Assembly (NCBI RefSeq): GCF_020969955.1
Contig: NZ_JAHDSX010000051.1
Span: 1 to 15,229 of the forward strand
Reading direction: 5' to 3'
Origin: Allobaculum fili
GTDB lineage: Bacteria; Bacillota_I; Bacilli_A; Erysipelotrichales; Erysipelotrichaceae
DNA: 15,229 nt
Notes under the pieces: generated by a model
The model's input: the letters and a program-made list of their open reading frames with translations, nothing else
What the model was told of the DNA's origin: nothing
Databases searched by the model: none
Program-made: the position numbers and the translations under genes
Part shown: positions 14,401 to 15,229 of the stretch, in pieces
How the letters are laid out: each line of letters opens with the position of its first letter
Position numbering within the stretch: position 1 is the stretch's first letter

Positions 14401-14718
14401 CAGATCGTCAGCCGTAATGAATTCGCCCGTCCGGCTCTCGTTCAGGAAAAGAGCGAACAGCTCAGCTACGCCCTCGAACAGCTTCTGGATCCTTCTTTAT
14501 TAGAGACGGCTGTAAACAAAGCCGAAACGCTGAAGGAAGCCAGCTATGCCAAAGCAGACTGGACGTCCCTGCAGGAAGAACTGAGCGAAGCAAAAGAGAT
14601 TCTTCGTACTTCTGTATCGCAGGCGCAAGTCAATGAAACCGCTATGGAGCTGAATCAGACACTCCTTGCCCTGCGCAGACTTCCGGATCCGGCAGCTCTG
14701 GAAGAAATCCGGGATTAA
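11500..14718 (+). CDS. Multidomain glycoside hydrolase-like protein: LamG/concanavalin-A-like domain, helical FIVAR-like module, clan GH-A-type (beta/alpha)8 catalytic region with beta-sandwich, C-terminal FIVAR-like repeats
   Basis: The LamG-like segment is MTFALWYKY..GEWQHVAISFD..VRFYINGK..GDLDELCVYD. The GH51-like N-terminal barrel motif is GSIRYPGGSISNLFNWKTTLGP. The candidate acid/base is FFEIGNE (E at 12877-12879) and the candidate nucleophile is ISEFG (E at 13666-13668). The C-terminus carries EASYAKADWTSLQEELSEAKEIL..AQVNETAMELNQTLLAL (FIVAR-like). There is no SD before the ATG at 11500, so the true start is probably 11308 (see findings). Confidence 0.85.
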   Translation: MPAAEHLKDYWDFEGNTPLQSKTSTHTALTAVTAQTASAENSLFGQVYRFPSDPSQHAWLQASNYINTGQGRMTFALWYKYDPSQDSADGSSVVLLQHTGSGRTILSLRADGHYHTYLNATDVFSEGTVAKGEWQHVAISFDQDAKKVRFYINGKFDSEKDLGNTVLNQMFDLRIGHHKNDTGTNPHGLRGDLDELCVYDTKLSDADVLELYAQKGKGLLLTDLEEWVAKGQTLCDDSKVSPSAKTAVQNALDAVEALDPETVSINELQNACETLKTACQNAEQSRPAILHVEDEILRTIDPDSIFGINHRYAFNAYGTFDDETMQVKDEFKTLYKDAGFGSIRYPGGSISNLFNWKTTLGPKEQRKKQVHAFYNNGRQTGIDPNFGLEEIASFADEVDSDIVYVYSLARGSAQDASDLIEFLNAKVGTNPNGGIDWAKVRSDYGHPEPYNVQFFEIGNEIQQCCGINNDGKTTQGYWIDYRSDGSDAVHAFTLGAPTAYNRIYAANPDNWDENASRSDGSKNMVRQLRHVNTNTMLYEDGKLRMDPDFQALENGAHVYVGQNAASATEWTIVDSLENAGPNDQKCTLNYSTGEITFGDGVHGAVPASGHGIYASYSVNHDGFNDVSEAMRQTQSRINELESKEHDVKIYTAWENVNFVNLENQLGKADLYDGMTIHPYSGTVNESSDEAFLLDVMAKAQNCRNRVVNYLNQMPEDKVPAISEFGIYYNTSGRTRSQLHALYVARCIMDYAELGSPYIQKHCLSDYYTSGADALGPTQQAVIQVVPLAGSDTATGKGNFGYFATPSAHVFQIFNAGFGTELLNSSLSQDYTLSNNVNSISVLASRDEEHNYSIAIENADPTNAREIQIELPETVENAVIKAQRLESNGLADENSLTSPANVTVRTDEIQTDEDGRVFVTVQPHSFLILRVYEPADKTELNSLIELAKNVKTDGSAKFTDLKNRLDQAQIVSRNEFARPALVQEKSEQLSYALEQLLDPSLLETAVNKAETLKEASYAKADWTSLQEELSEAKEILRTSVSQAQVNETAMELNQTLLALRRLPDPAALEEIRD

Positions 14719-14947
14719 ACTTTGCCGCCCTTTCTCTGGGTATTCCTCCTTTCAGACGATCGATACAGGCTGGATTTGTGATTTCGTCGATTTCGCCTGT
14801 ACGGCTGAAAAATCCGGAAGCCAGTTTCCAGAAATTCTCTTTCAGGAAAAGAAGGGGAGGCGTACCGAAGCGACCAAATCGCGGCGGTCTTTAAGGGAGG
14901 TCTGTAACGGAGGATTGCCTGAAGCAGCCTTAATTCCACACGCAAAA

Positions 14948-15002
14948 AGCAGAGATTCTTACCCTCTCTATATCAGGGAGGATGGAATCTCTGCTTTTTT
15001 AT
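14948..15002 (+). terminator. Rho-independent terminator of the glycoside hydrolase transcription unit
   Basis: 11-bp perfect stem AGCAGAGATTC (14948-14958) / GAATCTCTGCT (14985-14995) with a 26-nt loop, followed by TTTTTTATTT. Confidence 0.7.
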
Positions 15003-15142
15003 TTGGAAAATAATTTGCGAGAAGGCTGCGGGCGGTCAGAAGCCGCACAGAAACTGGACTGGACAGGAAACAAAATGGGAAACACAGAGGATGGGCGCGT
15101 TTTTCCGTAAGCGTCAAATAAAAGACGGGTATTTTCTCGACC

Positions 15143-15182
15143 GCCTCCTTGGGATAATTCCTTTATTCAAGGAGGCTTTTTC
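15143..15182 (+). promoter_or_regulatory. SD-sequestering hairpin / terminator-like attenuator immediately upstream of the last CDS
   Basis: Perfect 9-bp stem GCCTCCTTG (15143-15151) / CAAGGAGGC (15168-15176). The 3' arm is the AAGGAGG Shine-Dalgarno of the ATG at 15183. The stem is followed by TTTTTC. Confidence 0.45.
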
Positions 15183-15229
15183 ATGGAATCAATCATCCCT
15201 GCAATCGATCTCGGTATCGATTTCTCCAA
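15183..15229 (+). CDS. 5' end of an unidentified CDS running off the window (MESIIPAIDLGIDFS...)
   Basis: ATG at 15183 with AAGGAGG 7 nt upstream. The frame stays open to the window edge, but only 15 codons are visible, so no product call is possible. Confidence 0.45.
   Translation, partial: MESIIPAIDLGIDFS

Noticed and set aside
14719-14947. The 230-nt stretch between the hydrolase stop and its terminator. It contains three SD-like strings (GGGGAGG 14854-14860, GGGAGG 14895-14900, CGGAGGA 14908-14914) and ORFs on both strands (14666-15013 +, 14715-14945 -). It could also hold a frameshifted C-terminal anchor.
   Set aside because: No start codon lies at a workable distance from any SD-like string. 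I translated all three forward frames and found no LPXTG-type sorting signal, TM anchor with basic tail, or other recognisable domain. The minus ORF starts on a non-ATG codon with no RBS. The region is treated as a 3' UTR.
15040-15156. ZTP (pfl)-riboswitch-like strings GACTGGAC...TGGGAAAC...CGACCGCCTCCTTGGG upstream of the last gene.
   Set aside because: The resemblance to GACUGGCG...GUGGGAAACCACC...CCGCCUGGGC is partial. The P2 hairpin cannot form because GGAAACA occurs as direct repeats rather than inverted ones, and the 3' pseudoknot sequence is interrupted. It is retained only as an unclassified leader in the findings.

Overview
The window looks like a chromosomal, cell-envelope-oriented region of a Gram-positive (Firmicutes-like) bacterium. 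This is inferred from strong GGAGG-type Shine-Dalgarno sites, many hairpin plus T-tract terminators, a FemAB-family gene, a Rae1/YacP-type NYN domain and FIVAR-like modules. The taxon itself is a guess. Gene order: nitroreductase (-); a two-gene operon (-) of a histidine phosphatase and an 840-842 aa TetM/EF-G-like translational GTPase that continues in one ORF into a Rae1/YacP-type NYN endoribonuclease domain; a 509 aa protein (+) with a ~280 aa highly charged Arg/Ser/Asp-rich N-terminus and ~7 TM helices; tRNA-Lys(CUU) (-); a divergent FemX-like aminoacyl-tRNA-dependent peptidoglycan transferase (+); a 708 aa polytopic membrane protein (-) preceded by an ATGA-coupled 31-codon upstream ORF; and a ~1100 aa LamG / clan GH-A-like glycoside hydrolase / FIVAR protein (+). 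In that last gene a Sec signal peptide is separated from the body by a single in-frame TAA. A short partial CDS at the 3' edge sits behind an SD-sequestering hairpin. I see no transposase, integrase, CRISPR array or recognisable defence island. The best candidate for new biology is the GTPase-NYN fusion, a ribosome factor-site GTPase covalently tethered to an A-site-type mRNA endonuclease. All homology statements come from motifs read by eye against remembered family sequences; no searches were run.
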